A stretch of 63,288 bases of DNA, counting the filler, from Saprolegnia diclina VS20 (lineage: Eukaryota): NCBI RefSeq assembly GCF_000281045.1. It is 4 parts of 3 records of this genome, joined end to end, with 100 filler letters (N's around TTAATTAATTAA, not from the genome) between each part and the next. Parts side by side here need not be neighbours in the genome. Positions count along the whole stretch, not along the records: positions 44,077 to 61,527 come from NW_008246166.1; positions 61,628 to 63,288 come from NW_008246169.1; 2 more parts are not named here. One strand, written 5' to 3'. Shown piece after piece: positions 60,464 to 63,288 of the stretch (position 1 is its first letter; each line of letters starts with the position of its first letter). The position numbers were made by a program, and so were the translations under genes. The notes under the pieces were generated by a model. That model was not told the origin of the DNA. It made no database searches and worked only from the letters and a program-made list of their open reading frames with translations.

Positions 60464-61527
60464 TTAAAGAAAACCAATGTCGAGGTCCAAGGTCGATGTG
60501 TTTGGCAGCGCAAAGTCATCGCTCGTCTTGCCAGATGCGCTTGGTAGAAGGCGGTCGGGCGAAAGCGATGCCTCCGGAGTCGGGTGAGCGAGAAAATACG
60601 GGTGGTGCAGGGCCTACACCGATACTCGATAGCTTGATAGTAGCCAAGTTTCAAGGACTACCTCTGCTGCCGAGATACGCTTGCTGGGATCGTACTCGAG
60701 AAGACGGCTCAGCAGGTCCCGTGCCATAGCTGGGGCTTCTGGCAGCAACACGTCCAGTGGGATGGCCGAGAACGCTGGGAAGGACACCTTGTGGTAGTCG
60801 GGCAAGCTCTCGACGCCGGCCCAAGAAGGCGACCCCAGAACTTGGATCACGCGGAAGAGCTGGTCAATGTCATTGAGACCCGGAAACATTGGCGCATGCT
60901 GCAAGAGTTCGCCAAAGATGACGCCGACGGACCATAGGTCGACCGACAAGTCGTAACTGCGGGAGCCAAAGAGCAGCTCTGGTGCGCGGTACCACCACGT
61001 CGCAACTGTGTGGCTGTACTCGCGACTCGGCCCCGTGTACACGGAGGCAAGTCCAAAGTCGCTGAGCTTGAGGACACCGTCTTTGTCGAGAAGAAGGTTG
61101 GCTGGCTTGATATCCTACATGCCGCATTTACTCGAGAACAGAAGTGGCGGCCAACTAACCCGATGCATGATCTTGTGGCGGTGGCAGTGTTCGACGCTTC
61201 GCAGCAGCATGTACATGAGCGACTTGACCTCATGCGGCGAGAAGGGCGACGTCGCCTGCGCCATAAGCTAGCGCCTTTCTTATTGCTATGATCGATTGCA
61301 GGAGTCATACCTGTGCCAGATCGGTCGCCATGTACTCGAGAACGAGGCCCACAGAGGCACCTTCGGGAACCACATGGAGCAGCTGCACAATCTAAGCCAG
61401 CAAATATGACGGTCTACCAGTCATCGGCAGGTACGTTGGGGTGGGCGAGGTGCTGCATGGCTTGGATCTCGTTGAACGCCGCTGACGGGATCAGCGTCAT
61501 CTTCTCCGTGTCGCCGCCAATGCGAAT
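60464..61527 (-). CDS. cyclin-dependent kinase, CDK20/CCRK-like; 5' end cut by scaffold end
   Basis: Introns 61434-61392, 61310-61268, 61159-61115 and 60661-60614 give IPSAAFNEIQAM..HPNIV..LVLEYM..IMHRDIKPANLL..DFGLA..YSHTVATWWYRAPELLFGSRSY..DLW..NDIDQL..RISAAEALHHPYF; stop at 60464-60466. Confidence 0.88.
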
Positions 61528-61627
61528 NNNNNNNNNNNNNNNNNNNNNNNNNNNNNNNNNNNNNNNNNNNNTTAATTAATTAANNNNNNNNNNNNNNNNN
61601 NNNNNNNNNNNNNNNNNNNNNNNNNNN
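61528..61627. other. artificial scaffold-joining linker
   Basis: N44-TTAATTAATTAA(61572-61583)-N44. Confidence 0.95.
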
Positions 61628-61818
61628 ATCGTATCACTAATATCGCTAGTCTTTCTGAGACATGTGCTGCACCGGCGCTACCTTCATTGCAGCGACGCTA
61701 CCTGTGGCTGCAAATCGTTTGATCCACAGCCGATCGAAGTACGTCCAGCAGTAATAGCCTCCATGTACTGAGTAGCCAGTAGGACACAAGGTGCCAATTT
61801 TGCAACCATGAAGCCGAA

Positions 61819-62428
61819 ATGCATACCGTGGTGCCACTCCCCCCGTGGTACCGTGATCTAATGGACACTTACTCGGGCGCACCGGCGTCGTCGCCAACGT
61901 CGGCGCACTCTGAACGCGACAACGACGACGACGACGATCCATTTCGAGCACCGTCGGACGACGAAGCTATCGAGATGGTACACCCACCTGTTCGTATCTC
62001 TACAACTGCATGAAACGATGGGTAGGACACGACGGTTCTCGTCGCTACTGACGTCGGGCGTCTGGCTTCGGCGTGGATCCCTCGTATACTGCGTGTGCAG
62101 TACCACGATGAAATTGCACAGTGGGCACTGCCGTTGCCACGTCTACCGCCAATACCCACCGACGACGACAATGTGTATGTCAACACCACCGGCACCGTGT
62201 CGACAACGGTGGCTGGACGTTCACGAGACGCAGACGCCACGGCGACGACAACCGACGAGGTAGTTGTGGTCGAGATACTAGCCACAGGAAATCACACGTC
62301 GCTGGTGGACACCATCGACGGCTACCACGGCCGTACGTGTACCTGTCGCATCCCGGTGTATGCGTTTGCACCGCAGCTGCGGCTCCGCGCCGCGTTGTTT
62401 TCGTGGATGGAACACTGGCGTCGTGGCG
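61819..62428 (+). CDS. hypothetical protein, 2 exons visible, truncated by gap
   Basis: Exon 61819-61977 plus a 48-nt GT..TAG intron (61978-62025) splices in frame into the 62095 ORF; no recognisable domain. Confidence 0.45.
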
Positions 62429-62669
62429 NNNNNNNNNNNNNNNNNNNNNNNNNNNNNNNNNNNNNNNNNNNNNNNNNNNNNNNNNNNNNNNNNNNNNNNN
62501 NNNNNNNNNNNNNNNNNNNNNNNNNNNNNNNNNNNNNNNNNNNNNNNNNNNNNNNNNNNNNNNNNNNNNNNNNNNNNNNNNNNNNNNNNNNNNNNNNNNN
62601 NNNNNNNNNNNNNNNNNNNNNNNNNNNNNNNNNNNNNNNNNNNNNNNNNNNNNNNNNNNNNNNNNNNNN

Positions 62670-63288
62670 TGCACTTTTGTGATCTTGCCAGGGTACAACT
62701 TGGCCTTGCCCTTGTACTTGGCTTGGACCTTTTGCCCGACCTTGAGCACAGCGCTCACTTCGGCTGCTCGGATCAGGGCCTTGTCCACGCGGGTCTCGAC
62801 CTCGCCGTCGTCGTAGTCGATGTCGTAGGTGCCGTTGGCGTGACAACGAGCGATCTTGCCGGGGTAGTATTTCAACTTGCCATTGTAACGCGCTTCCACT
62901 TTAGAGCCGACGCGAAACCCAGCAGTGTCTTGTGGCTCGACGAGGCGAATGAGGTCCTTCTCGACGCGCTTCTCCTTCTCACCATCGTCGTAGTCGATGT
63001 CGAACGAGGCGTCCGTGTGCACCTTGGCGATGGTTCCCGGGTAGAACTTGGATTTGCCCTTGTACTTGGCCTCGACCTTGGCACCGACGACCCACCCCGA
63101 CGACGACGATGGCTTCTTGGGACTACCGCCCTTGATGCGGATAAGATCTCGGTCAACACGCTTTTCCTTCTCGCCGTCGTCGTAGTCGACGTCAAAGGTG
63201 CCGTCAGCGTGGCACCGAGCAATCTTGCCAGGGTAGTAGGTTTTGCCCTTGTATTTGGCCTCGACCTTGGTGCCAACGTCAAAGTCGT
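62670..63288 (-). CDS. tandem Tudor/Agenet-like (SH3-barrel) repeat protein, internal fragment
   Basis: One open frame with 3 full and 1 partial repeats of VGxKVEAxYxGK..YPGxIxxxHxxGxFDxDYDDGExExRV. Confidence 0.8.

Overview
Eukaryotic, GC3-rich, gene-dense DNA with very short GT-AG introns (about 39-53 nt) and oomycete-type INR/FPR core promoters. The gene content (mitochondrial TPI-GAPDH fusion, FYVE-GAF protein, secreted beta-amylase, bacterial-type solute-binding protein) points to an oomycete, most likely a Saprolegniales water mould (inference). The window is not one locus: three artificial 100-bp N44-TTAATTAATTAA-N44 linkers join four independent scaffolds. Scaffold 1 (1-24693): head-to-head pair of HPPD paralogues, an EF-hand protein, a p25/EF-hand-like + PH protein, a pogo-type deletion element nested in a foldback repeat, a GT8 glycosyltransferase, aspartyl aminopeptidase, a PH-DEP-FYVE-GAF protein and partial VPS13. 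Scaffold 2 (24794-43976): an atypical large E2 enzyme, TPI-GAPDH, then about 14 kb of shuffled duplicated modules with GCN1 pseudogene fragments and a split solute-binding-protein gene. Scaffold 3 (44077-61527): GH14 beta-amylase, 13-intron PCCA, a VWA protein, an LRR pseudogene, an apparent DUF4211(CCDC82-like)-DDM1/LSH remodeller fusion, a ferric reductase fragment and a CDK20-like kinase. Scaffold 4 (61628-63288): a hypothetical gene and a tandem Tudor-like repeat protein. The most notable candidates are the DUF4211-SNF2 fusion, the HPPD paralogue with an SPKK tail and the gene-fragment mosaic. All family calls come from motif recognition by eye; no searches were run.
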